A stretch of DNA of 54,716 nt from Perkinsus olseni (lineage: Eukaryota). Location of the stretch: NCBI GenBank assembly GCA_013115125.1, contig JABANN010000194.1, positions 1-54,716 on the forward strand. Reading direction: 5' to 3'. Position 1 is the stretch's first letter; every line of letters starts with the position of its first letter. Below the pieces are notes generated by a model that saw only the letters and a program-made list of their open reading frames with translations, made no database searches and was not told the DNA's origin. Shown here piece by piece: positions 1 through 9,225 of this stretch. Both the position numbers and the translations under genes were made by a program.

Positions 1-745
1 TAGTTATAGTATATCGTACTTAGCTTAGCTATGATACGAACATCACAATGGGGACAGCTTAGATCTCATATTGTGTACTCATCCTACAGTGGTCCTTATC
101 GATCAACCGTACCAAGGGCCTGGTCGCCAAGCCGTGGTGACGCACAAACATTGGACCCTTCGAGCTTGCAGAGTGAGGAGCTGGCGATGTTAGACGAGGC
201 GATTGGAGCGGCCACGTGATGAGTTCGCTTGCTATTCCTGATGTGGCTGGAAGGAGAGCGGATAGCGGTAATTTATTGTTAAGAGATCTGCAGTGATCTT
301 GTCACCAGCACAGCAGGTAGTGATTTCGCGACGTACAGTAAATGCTCTCAATCTGACTTGAGCCACCCGCTAGATCAGTACGCTATGGTAGAGACCCCGG
401 AGAGAGAGCTTTACCCCGAACAGCGAGATCAAGCATCACCACGGGTTACGCAAGCTTTTCACACAGGATTCGACTTTTACTGGGAAGAAGTTAGGCATCG
501 CAACGAAGTCGACCATTAGGCTGTAAAGTATCAGTTGAGCTCTTTCTTTCAACCAACTCCTCGGTGGTGTCACTTACTAACACAACTCGGTTTGCAATAT
601 AAATGAATAGGTAATACGGTTTCTTACATAAAATAGAGGGGAAAGATGGTAACTGGACCATCAGTTAATCTCAATCGTTCAACAAACTTTTCTCTCACTT
701 CAATGACAGTGGCACACTTGTGCATTGGAAAAAAATCTCAGCCCT

Positions 746-3700
746 CTATGGTGTGCCTGGCTGAATCATCTCCTCATCGTACTTAGCCCAACTCTTCACA
801 GGGGCGAAGTAACAGAATATAGGATAGGACAGATAGATGAGACCCAGCAATGTTATGACGATATTGCCGATAGTAGTGGCCCTACCCTTATACTTCCTCG
901 GGACTGACGGATGAGCGGCGATGACCTTCCTCAAACCCTCTCTGACGTGAAGGATGAAGGAGGTGACACCGACAAGGTAGAAGCAGACCCATCCGAAGTG
1001 CTCGAAGATCTGGAACTCCAACTTATATAGATCCTTGAAGTGAACCACCTCACACGAAGTGTCGTACTTGTCACAGAAGAAGGGATACATCCACTTAGCA
1101 CGGAAGTAGTACTGCGGAGCACCGGCCTCGGAAACAAGACGGAACTGCATCAAGTGGACGATTAGGAACACAAGGAGTACCACTCCAGTGACAATGAGCC
1201 ACAGCTGATCAAAGGCTGTGTTGATAGTCTTGAACTTGTACGTACGAACCAGACCAACAGCAACATGGAGGAGACCAGCGGCTAGGAGGTAGATCTCGAC
1301 TGGTAGAAGAAGAGCACTCCAAGGGCATGGGTGGTTGAGGAAGTAGGCGTACCCGTTGAAGTGATCAGGCCCAAAGAAACAGTGAAGATTACCAAGACCG
1401 TGAATAATCACGAACACGATCAAGAACATAGCAGACCTAGTCAGTCCAGACTTGTCGTGAATGACTTTATAGTTCTTCACCGTGAAGATAGTCTTCAGTG
1501 TCTCCAAGATCAATAGCCAGGCGAAGTAGAACACCCCAGCACAGTAAGAGTACATAGACTCCCCTAATGGACCATGCATGACAGCAGTGTTGCGGTCCTC
1601 GCCCCACCATTGCTCCTTGGCAACCTTGGGATCATCCAGCAGGGGCTGAGTTAGTCCTCCACCGACAGCAGGAGCAGCAGGCTGGGCTGCAGCCTGTACC
1701 AGAGGACCGAGTATAGAGTCCGCAGCATACTTCTCGATGACATCCGGCGGGTGGATCATGTTGAACTCGTTGGTAGCGTCACGACCAGCGAAGGTGAGAA
1801 TAGCCAGATCTCCGCCAGGATGATCAGGAAGGAACTCTGTGACGTCCAGGACTTGTCCATTGATAACCACCCAGCAATCCTCCTTGGTGTTGTGCTTGGC
1901 GACTTCCTCCAGCGTCTTGCCGTTGGCGGGAATAGGAGCAGCAGGGGCTGCGGCCGCAGCCGGCGCACCAGCAGGGGCAGCAACACCGAGCTCTCCAATG
2001 ATAGCGTCCGGGGCATACTTCTCGATGACATCTGGTGGATGTATCATATTGAACTCGTGGGTAGCGTCTCGACCAGCGAAGGTGAGAATAGCAAGCTCAC
2101 CACCAGGATGGTCAGGCAGGAACTCAGTGACATCCAAGACTTGGCCGTTAATAACCACCCAGCAATCCTCCTTGGTGTTGTGCTTACCCACGTCATCCAA
2201 AGTGATACCACCACCAGCAGCTGGAGCCACCTGTGCAGCCGGAGTAGCGGCAGCAGCGGGAGCGCCTCCAGCTGGAGCAACACCCACTTGACCGAGAACC
2301 GACTCCGGAGCGTACTTCTCGATGACATCCGGCGGGTGAATCATGTTGAACTCGGTCGAGGCATCTCTACCAGCGAAAGTCATAATGGCAAGATCTCCAC
2401 CGGGGTGGTCGGGAAGGAAGTCGGTGACGTTGAGGACATCACCATTGATAACGACCCAACAGTCATCCTTGGTGTTGTGCTTGGCCACATCGGTCATAGT
2501 GATCGGGGCAGGACCAGTCGGGGCGGCAGGGACAGGGGCGGCCACAGGGGCAGGTTTGGGAGCGGCCTTCGCGGGGGCAGCAGGAGCAGCTGCAGCAGCA
2601 GGGGCAGATGTTGTGGTCTTCAACAGCTTCAAGCTGACCGGCTCGTCGGCTCCGGCGTAAGTGGCGCAATCCGCACCGGTGAGACGACCATAGACGACGC
2701 AGTCCAGAAGAGAGTTGCCTCCCAACCGGTTGTTGCCGTGGACGCCTCCCATGACCTCACCGGCAGCGTAGAGACCCTTGATGACCTTGCCGCTCTTGTT
2801 TAGGACACGCCCCTTCGGGTCAATGGTGAGACCTCCCATGGTATAGTGCACCAAGGGTGTGACAATGGCAACTTGGAAGGTGTCGTTGACCGACATGGGG
2901 TAGTCCTTGAAGAACTTCTTGCCGAAGGGATCATGGGTCTTGCCTGATGGGTAGGCGTCATACGGGCCTCCATCGGGGTCCTTGATCTGCTTCTGCATGA
3001 CCTCGTTATACGTCTTGAAGGTCTGCTCGAGCTTAGATGTCGGAATGCCCATCTCAGCAGCCAAGGCAGCACCGGTGGCGAACTCCTTCATGACACCACG
3101 ACCCTTATAGTGCTCACAGTGCCAGTGGATCTCCTGAGCAGACTTGCTGTTGAGCACGAGCCTGAAGGGGCCCTTGTTCTTGAACATGGTGTTGGAGACG
3201 TAATCACGACGATGAAGCTCGTTGACAAAGCGGTTTCCATCGGCATCCAACAGAATACCACCCACACCTCTTAGAGCTTCAGCGGCGAGGAACTTCACCT
3301 TAGACTTGGGATCCTTGGGGTTAACCAGACCCGTCGGGTGAACTTGCACGAACTCCAAGTCGAGAGTGTCGGCTCCAACCTCCATACCCATCTTGATGCC
3401 ATCGCCGGTACAATGCTCACCGTTGGTGGTAGAGAGACCGAGCAAGTCAGGGCGAACCTTGGCAAGAATTCCATCAGGAGAAAAGTCAGCACCGAAACCG
3501 CCAGTTGCCAAAATAACTGGACCATGGGCCTCGTGGGTCTGGCCGTCCTTGGTCTCGTACACGACACCTGTGACAGAGCCATCTTCTCCAGTCAGCAGCT
3601 TGGTGGCACGGGCCTTGTTCATGATCTTGCACTTGTCAGGGTGATTCTTGGCGATAGCCTCAGCCATCTGGATCTCAGCGTAGGTGATGGTCATACCAGG

Positions 3701-6700
3701 GAACCTCTCCTTACCACGATGAGTACGCTCGACAGAGTGACCACCCAGGCGAGCCAAAAGAGAAAGGTCCAAGTCGAAGTTGTCCATCAACCAGTTGACA
3801 GAAGCACCAGAGTTCTGGACCATGGCGTTTACCAAATCGGGCTTCTTGGCACCGCCCTTCATACAGTCGGAGTAGAACAGATCATTGGAGTCCTTGATAC
3901 CAAGAGCCTGCTGAGTCTTAGTGCAAGCACCATTGATACCAGAAGTAGCCTTCGAGGAGTTACCACCACAGAAGGCCGACTTGTCAAGCAAGAGCACCTG
4001 GCCACCCTTCTCCAAGACTGTATTGCAGGCAGAGAAACCAGCAAGACCACCACCAATGACGATAACAGTCTTGACATCCTTGGTGAGCCCCTGCTTAAGG
4101 CACTTCAAAGGCACTGGTCTGGTCTTGCCCTTCATCATGTAGGTGGCACAGTCTTTGCCACTGAGGCGACCATACACCACGCAGTCCAGCAACGAGTTAC
4201 CGCCAAGACGGTTGTTGCCGTGGACACCACCCATGAGCTCACCAGCAGCATACAGACCCTCAATAGGCTTGTCGCCCTCACCGAGAACGCGCCCGGCGTC
4301 ATCAATCTTCAAGCCACCCATCGTATAGTGGATGAGTGGAGTAACAATAGCCACATGGAAGTTATCATCCATCCTCATAGGGTAGGGCTTGAAGAACTTC
4401 TTCCCGAAGGAGTCGTGGGTCTTGCCGCTAGGATAGGCCTCATACGAACCGTTGTCGGGGTCGTCGATCTGCTTCTTCATCACCACGTTGTAGTCCTTGA
4501 AAGTCTGCTCGAGAACAGAAGGTTCAATGCCCATCTCCTGAGCAAGAGCGTTGCCACTCGCAAACTCCTTCATCACACCGCGGCCCTTGTAGTGTTCACA
4601 GTGCCAGTGGATCTCCTCGGCCGACGAAGAGTTCAAGACCAGCCTGAACGGCCCCTTGTTCTTGAACATGGTGTTCGAGACGTAGTCACGACGATGGAGC
4701 TCATTGACGAAGCGCTTGCCATCAGCGTCAAGAAGGATGCCACCAACACCACGCAGAGCCTCGGCAGCCAAGAACTTCACCTTAGCCTCAGGGTCTTTAG
4801 GGTTCACCAGACCGGTAGGATGCACCTGGACGAACTCCAAGTCCACCGTCTGCGCCCCAACAGCAGTGCCCATCTTGATTCCATCACCAGTGCAGTGCTC
4901 ACCGTTGGTGGTGGCCAGCTTCAAGAGGTCGGGTCGGACCTTGGCCAGGATCCCATCCGGAGAGAAGTCAGCACCGAAACCACCAGTGGCCAAGATGACC
5001 GGTCCCTTCTGCTCGTGGACTTGACCCTTCTTGTCAGTGTACTTGCAGCCCACAACGGTACCATTGGCGGTGAGCAACTCGGTAACTCTGGCCTTGTTGA
5101 TGATCTGGCATCTATCAGGGAACTTCTTGGCAATGGCCTCAGCCATCTGGATCTCGGCGTAGGTGATAGTCATACCAGGGAACCTCTCCTTACCACGGTG
5201 AGTACGCTCAGCCGAGTGACCACCAAGGCGAGCAAGAAGAGAAAGATCCAGGTCGAAGTTATCCATCAACCAGTTCACTGAAGACCCAGAGTTGTCGACC
5301 ATCGCCTTGACCAGGTGGGGATGCTTGGCGCCTCCCTTCATGCAGTCGTTGTAGAAGAGTTCGTTGGAGTCCTTGACGCCCAGAGCCTTCTGAGTCTTGG
5401 TGCAAGCACCATTAATACCCGAAGTAGCCTTGGAAGAGTTGCCACCACAGAAGGCCGACTTGTCAAGCAAGATGACATTGCCACCGTTCTCTAGGATAGT
5501 GTTGGCAGCCGAAAATCCAGCTAGACCACCACCAACCACGATGGCACGCACGTTGGGAGTAGTGCGACCTTCCTTAAGATCCTTGAGTGGGACTGCATCA
5601 GATGCCTTGAGCTTCATCACCTCAGAGGCACAGTGCTTACCGGTAACGCGACCATAGGCCACACAGTCAAGAAGGGAATTGCCGCCCAACCTGTTGTTGC
5701 CGTGGACGCCGCCCATAACCTCGCCGGCAGCGTAGAGACCCTTGATTGGCTTGTTCTTGGCACCAAGAACTTGGCCGAAGGTGTTGATCTTCAACCCGCC
5801 CATCGTGTAGTGGACCAGAGGAGTAACAATGGCCACCTGGAAAGTATCGTCGACGGACATGGGGTAGTCCTTGAAGAACTTCTTGCCGTAGGGATCATGG
5901 GTCTTGCCAGAGGGGTAGGCCTCATAGGGTCCCCCGTTCGGATCAGCAATTTGCTTCTTCATAATCTCATTGTACTCCTTGAAGGTCTGTTCCAGAACGG
6001 AGGGACTGATACCCATCTCCTTCGCCAGATCCCGACCGGTCTTGAACTCCTTCATGACACCACGACCCTTATAGTGCTCACAGTGCCAGTGAATCTCCTG
6101 AGCAGACTTGCTGTTGAGTACAAGTCTGAAAGGGGCCTTGTTCTTGAACATAGTGTTGGACACATAGTCACGACGATGAAGCTCGTTAACGAACCTCTTA
6201 CCATTAGAGTCCAGGAGTATGCCACCTACACCCCTAAGGGCCTCGGCGGCTAGGAACTTCACCTTCGAATCAGGGTCCTTGGGGTTGACCAAACCAGTAG
6301 GATGAACTTGAACGAAGTCCAAGTCAACAGTTTGGGCACCGATCTCCTGACCCATCTTGATACCATCACCAGTGCAATGCTCGCCATTAGTGGTTGACAA
6401 CTTGAGTAGATCAGGGCGGACCTTGGCGAGAATGCCAGATTCCGAAAAATCGGCGCCAAAGCCACCAGTGGCAAGGATCACAGGGCCATACTCCTCAACG
6501 ACATCTCCCTTTCTAGTGGTGTACTGCACGCCATTGACATCACCATTAGGGGTAGTGAGCAGCTTGGTAACCCTGCACTTGTTCAAGATCTCACACCTGT
6601 CAGGGAACTTCTTAGCGATAGCCTCAGCCATCTGGATCTCGGCATAGGTGATGGTCATGCCAGGGAACCTCTCCTTACCACGATGAGTACGCTCGACAGA

Positions 6701-7051
6701 GTGACCACCGAGGCGGGCCAAAAGGGAAAGGTCCAAGTCGAAGTTGTCCATCAACCAGTCGACAGAGGCACCGGAATTCTCGACCATAACCTTGACAAGT
6801 TCAGGGTGCTTAGCACCACCCTTCATACAGTCTGACTCGAAGAGCTCATTAGAGTCCTGAACATTCAACGCCTTCTGCGTTTTAGTCACGGCGCCGTTGA
6901 TACCCGACGTGGCCTTAGAGGAGTTCCCTCCGCAGAATGCCGACTTGTCGAGTAGTAGTACACGACCGCCAGCCTCCAGGATGGTGTTAGCTGCACTGAA
7001 GCCCGCGAGACCCCCGCCAACAACGATGGCTCTCTTGGGGGGAGAAGACAT
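746..7051 (-). CDS. Multidomain flavocytochrome: 3x Osm1/Frd1-like FAD fumarate reductase + 3x cytochrome b5 + C-terminal SdhC (cytochrome b558-type) membrane domain; 2101 aa, intronless
   Basis: One uninterrupted ORF. Three repeats (~7035-5620, ~5550-4140, ~4075-2660) each carry GGGLAG, GGNSSKATSGING, QVHPTG, EALRG, (V/I)HYTMGG and HGNNRLGGNSL. Three repeats (~2503-2285, ~2205-1985, ~1918-1700) carry HNTxxDCW..HPGG..FNMIH. The hydrophobic C-terminus has four spaced His (IIHGLGN, LLHVAVG, IVHLMQF, ILHVREG). Confidence 0.93.
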   Translation of the reverse strand: MSSPPKRAIVVGGGLAGFSAANTILEAGGRVLLLDKSAFCGGNSSKATSGINGAVTKTQKALNVQDSNELFESDCMKGGAKHPELVKVMVENSGASVDWLMDNFDLDLSLLARLGGHSVERTHRGKERFPGMTITYAEIQMAEAIAKKFPDRCEILNKCRVTKLLTTPNGDVNGVQYTTRKGDVVEEYGPVILATGGFGADFSESGILAKVRPDLLKLSTTNGEHCTGDGIKMGQEIGAQTVDLDFVQVHPTGLVNPKDPDSKVKFLAAEALRGVGGILLDSNGKRFVNELHRRDYVSNTMFKNKAPFRLVLNSKSAQEIHWHCEHYKGRGVMKEFKTGRDLAKEMGISPSVLEQTFKEYNEIMKKQIADPNGGPYEAYPSGKTHDPYGKKFFKDYPMSVDDTFQVAIVTPLVHYTMGGLKINTFGQVLGAKNKPIKGLYAAGEVMGGVHGNNRLGGNSLLDCVAYGRVTGKHCASEVMKLKASDAVPLKDLKEGRTTPNVRAIVVGGGLAGFSAANTILENGGNVILLDKSAFCGGNSSKATSGINGACTKTQKALGVKDSNELFYNDCMKGGAKHPHLVKAMVDNSGSSVNWLMDNFDLDLSLLARLGGHSAERTHRGKERFPGMTITYAEIQMAEAIAKKFPDRCQIINKARVTELLTANGTVVGCKYTDKKGQVHEQKGPVILATGGFGADFSPDGILAKVRPDLLKLATTNGEHCTGDGIKMGTAVGAQTVDLEFVQVHPTGLVNPKDPEAKVKFLAAEALRGVGGILLDADGKRFVNELHRRDYVSNTMFKNKGPFRLVLNSSSAEEIHWHCEHYKGRGVMKEFASGNALAQEMGIEPSVLEQTFKDYNVVMKKQIDDPDNGSYEAYPSGKTHDSFGKKFFKPYPMRMDDNFHVAIVTPLIHYTMGGLKIDDAGRVLGEGDKPIEGLYAAGELMGGVHGNNRLGGNSLLDCVVYGRLSGKDCATYMMKGKTRPVPLKCLKQGLTKDVKTVIVIGGGLAGFSACNTVLEKGGQVLLLDKSAFCGGNSSKATSGINGACTKTQQALGIKDSNDLFYSDCMKGGAKKPDLVNAMVQNSGASVNWLMDNFDLDLSLLARLGGHSVERTHRGKERFPGMTITYAEIQMAEAIAKNHPDKCKIMNKARATKLLTGEDGSVTGVVYETKDGQTHEAHGPVILATGGFGADFSPDGILAKVRPDLLGLSTTNGEHCTGDGIKMGMEVGADTLDLEFVQVHPTGLVNPKDPKSKVKFLAAEALRGVGGILLDADGNRFVNELHRRDYVSNTMFKNKGPFRLVLNSKSAQEIHWHCEHYKGRGVMKEFATGAALAAEMGIPTSKLEQTFKTYNEVMQKQIKDPDGGPYDAYPSGKTHDPFGKKFFKDYPMSVNDTFQVAIVTPLVHYTMGGLTIDPKGRVLNKSGKVIKGLYAAGEVMGGVHGNNRLGGNSLLDCVVYGRLTGADCATYAGADEPVSLKLLKTTTSAPAAAAAPAAPAKAAPKPAPVAAPVPAAPTGPAPITMTDVAKHNTKDDCWVVINGDVLNVTDFLPDHPGGDLAIMTFAGRDASTEFNMIHPPDVIEKYAPESVLGQVGVAPAGGAPAAAATPAAQVAPAAGGGITLDDVGKHNTKEDCWVVINGQVLDVTEFLPDHPGGELAILTFAGRDATHEFNMIHPPDVIEKYAPDAIIGELGVAAPAGAPAAAAAPAAPIPANGKTLEEVAKHNTKEDCWVVINGQVLDVTEFLPDHPGGDLAILTFAGRDATNEFNMIHPPDVIEKYAADSILGPLVQAAAQPAAPAVGGGLTQPLLDDPKVAKEQWWGEDRNTAVMHGPLGESMYSYCAGVFYFAWLLILETLKTIFTVKNYKVIHDKSGLTRSAMFLIVFVIIHGLGNLHCFFGPDHFNGYAYFLNHPCPWSALLLPVEIYLLAAGLLHVAVGLVRTYKFKTINTAFDQLWLIVTGVVLLVFLIVHLMQFRLVSEAGAPQYYFRAKWMYPFFCDKYDTSCEVVHFKDLYKLEFQIFEHFGWVCFYLVGVTSFILHVREGLRKVIAAHPSVPRKYKGRATTIGNIVITLLGLIYLSYPIFCYFAPVKSWAKYDEEMIQPGTP

Positions 7052-7079
7052 TAAGAACGAGTTATAAACGGGTTCGTAA

Positions 7080-7095
7080 CTGAAAGGAGGCAGTC
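7080..7095 (-). promoter_or_regulatory. Probable 3' splice acceptor (trans-splice or 5'UTR intron) upstream of the fumarate reductase ATG
   Basis: Pyrimidine tract plus CAG (ctgcctcctttcag) 28 nt before the ATG. Similar tracts lie before H3 (AG 26316-26317) and H1 (AG 27971-27970). Confidence 0.45.
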
Positions 7096-7879
7096 ATAGG
7101 CTATCAAGGCGCACGAGCCGGAGCGAATGAGCCGATGACACGTGCGTGCGGAATGCACGCATGCACAACCACGACGGAGAGCTCCTCTCATAGGAAGCCG
7201 CGACAGACACAACGAAGCCGCGAGGGACAGAGCGAGAGGAGGCCGGGAGACTAGGAAGTCGATAGCAGTAGAACATGCGGAGGGAAGTAAGAGGCAAGTC
7301 AGCTGACCCGACCTGTATGGGAAGAGTAAGTTACTGCACCCGATGAGCGGTTGATCGGATTGAAACCTTGGGAACGCACAGGCTGACGGGTAACATGACG
7401 AGATGGAAAAATGCGGTTGAGCAATACCGCACTACGACGATTCTCAACCATGGCGAAAATCATTGCACGTGCGTGCAGGCGAGCGGCCGATGGATAACGA
7501 AACCGCCGCGGAACCGCGCGGAAACAAGGACGGCGGATGTGAACGAGAGGATGATAGCTTAGACGACTACTGGGCGATCACTCAAATAATTACACATAGT
7601 ATGTCATAGGTGTTTGCAAAAGGCTACGTAAGAAATCAAGGAGACGCCGAAACTCTCGGGCCCATCATGTAGGAAGCGGAAAAATACCCTAACGGGAATC
7701 GCATGGGATGATTTCAATCCGAGGGGAAGGGCTGAATGTCACGAGGCAAAAACTCTAAGTTTCTGCTCGGCCGACACAAGAGCCAGAACAGCAGGACGAC
7801 ACCCACGTCAATCCGAGAGAGCCATTAACTCTAGCCCAATGACCATTGTACAACGCGACCACCATCAGAGCAGTACAAG

Positions 7880-8791
7880 TTAGAGAGCCAGGCTATCGAG
7901 TAACGTATCAGAAGAAACCTCTGCTTGCTTGGTAGTAGACTTAGCAGGAGCAGCAGCACTCTTCTGCGAGGAGGCTAGATGCGGGGTACGTTGGTGGACC
8001 CCTGTTCGAGCCTTCTTGTGTGCCGGCTGAGGCGACCCCTCCCCGTGCTCGGCCGCCTTCTTCTCTCTGCGTTCCTTCATCTTGTCCATACGTTTCTCTT
8101 CTAATAGCTGCTCTTGATAGAAGTTGTTTATTTTACGTTGTTGAGAGAGCTTCTGCTCCAGTCGGGCACCGCGGACCTCACGATTGTAGATCACGTGCTC
8201 CTTCAAGTGATGCCACTTGAACTTGGGCAAGTAGCGGCAGAGCCACATGTCGTCTCTGTAGGCGTTGTGGCGCTTCTTCCCTCCAACCGGTGTGTTGTTC
8301 AGCGTCGCTGCCACACGCTTCGCCACGGACTTGCTCTCAAACTCCACCCAGCCATCCACGAACTTCGTCTTCTTGTTGCCACCCGACTTCTTACGCCGAG
8401 CTTGCTGCGTCTCATCCTCTGGCGTTAGGTAAACTCTACCAACCCGTCCGAGTTGCTCCATCAAATGCCGAAGCTTGCATGGCTGAACGACACAAGAGTG
8501 AAGGGAAAGCTTCAACACACACTGTGAGCTCACCTGCATGAAGGGCGGTATCCTCGAGAAATAGACGACACCCTTCTTGTCCTTCTTCCCTCCCTCACCA
8601 GCCTCCCCATCAATCACCGTGTCGTCCATTGTGGGATCGTTGTTACCGAGCACGTCCACAGGAGCAGTCGTGTCCTCACCCTCAACATCCCCTTCTAGTC
8701 TTGTATCCTCACCCTTCACATCATCGGCTGAAGCCGCCTCGGCAGTAGCAGCGGCAGACGGCGGGCAATCTCGTTCCTTACCGGATTCCAT
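7880..8791 (-). CDS. ESF2: Pre-rRNA processing protein ESF2/ABT1 (RRM-like)
   Basis: GVVYFSRIPPFM, GRVYLTPED, GWVEFESKSVAKRVAATLNNTPVGGKK, DDMWLCRYLPKFKWHHL. A 51-nt in-frame GT-AG intron at 8533-8483 explains the insertion seen in the ORF track. Confidence 0.9.
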   Translation of the reverse strand: MESGKERDCPPSAAATAEAASADDVKGEDTRLEGDVEGEDTTAPVDVLGNNDPTMDDTVIDGEAGEGGKKDKKGVVYFSRIPPFMQVSSQCVLKLSLHSCVVQPCKLRHLMEQLGRVGRVYLTPEDETQQARRKKSGGNKKTKFVDGWVEFESKSVAKRVAATLNNTPVGGKKRHNAYRDDMWLCRYLPKFKWHHLKEHVIYNREVRGARLEQKLSQQRKINNFYQEQLLEEKRMDKMKERREKKAAEHGEGSPQPAHKKARTGVHQRTPHLASSQKSAAAPAKSTTKQAEVSSDTLLDSLAL

Positions 8792-9225
8792 TGAAGGGCT
8801 ACGCTGCACGAACCCAATCCCGACTCAGGCGACCGTCGACTGGTCCCGACCCTATCACCCATCGATACCGTATTCCCGCTCCCTCAGAACGCTACTACAG
8901 GCACACAGTAGGAACTTTGCAATGTTCGGAAGAAATGAACAATTCGACATAGCACGGCCAATGGCGGCGCCTTGACCGCTGCAGAGGCTTGGTACGATAT
9001 ACACGGACGCACGAGTAGCCACTCACGGCTACGAGTGTCACGAAAATTACAACGGAAACTGGCTTTTTCTGAGATCGCTGATAGCTGCTCCCTCGCAGGC
9101 CACGATACGCCCCCGGTTGGGAGAGGCATTGCCTCTCTGTGTTCTACATCACAGCAAACAACAACAGCAATACGAACTTAATACGCAGCCCTAAAAATAC
9201 GCTACTCCATCACTAAAGTGGAGGA

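Noticed and set aside
357-365. CTTGAGCCA, the reverse complement of the 3' end of the perkinsid/dinoflagellate spliced leader
   Set aside because: Only 9 nt match and it is not upstream of a gene start. A match this short is plausible by chance.
3338-5281. 647-aa and other long plus-strand ORFs overlapping the fumarate reductase gene
   Set aside because: Antisense shadows of a codon-biased gene, with no recognisable motifs.
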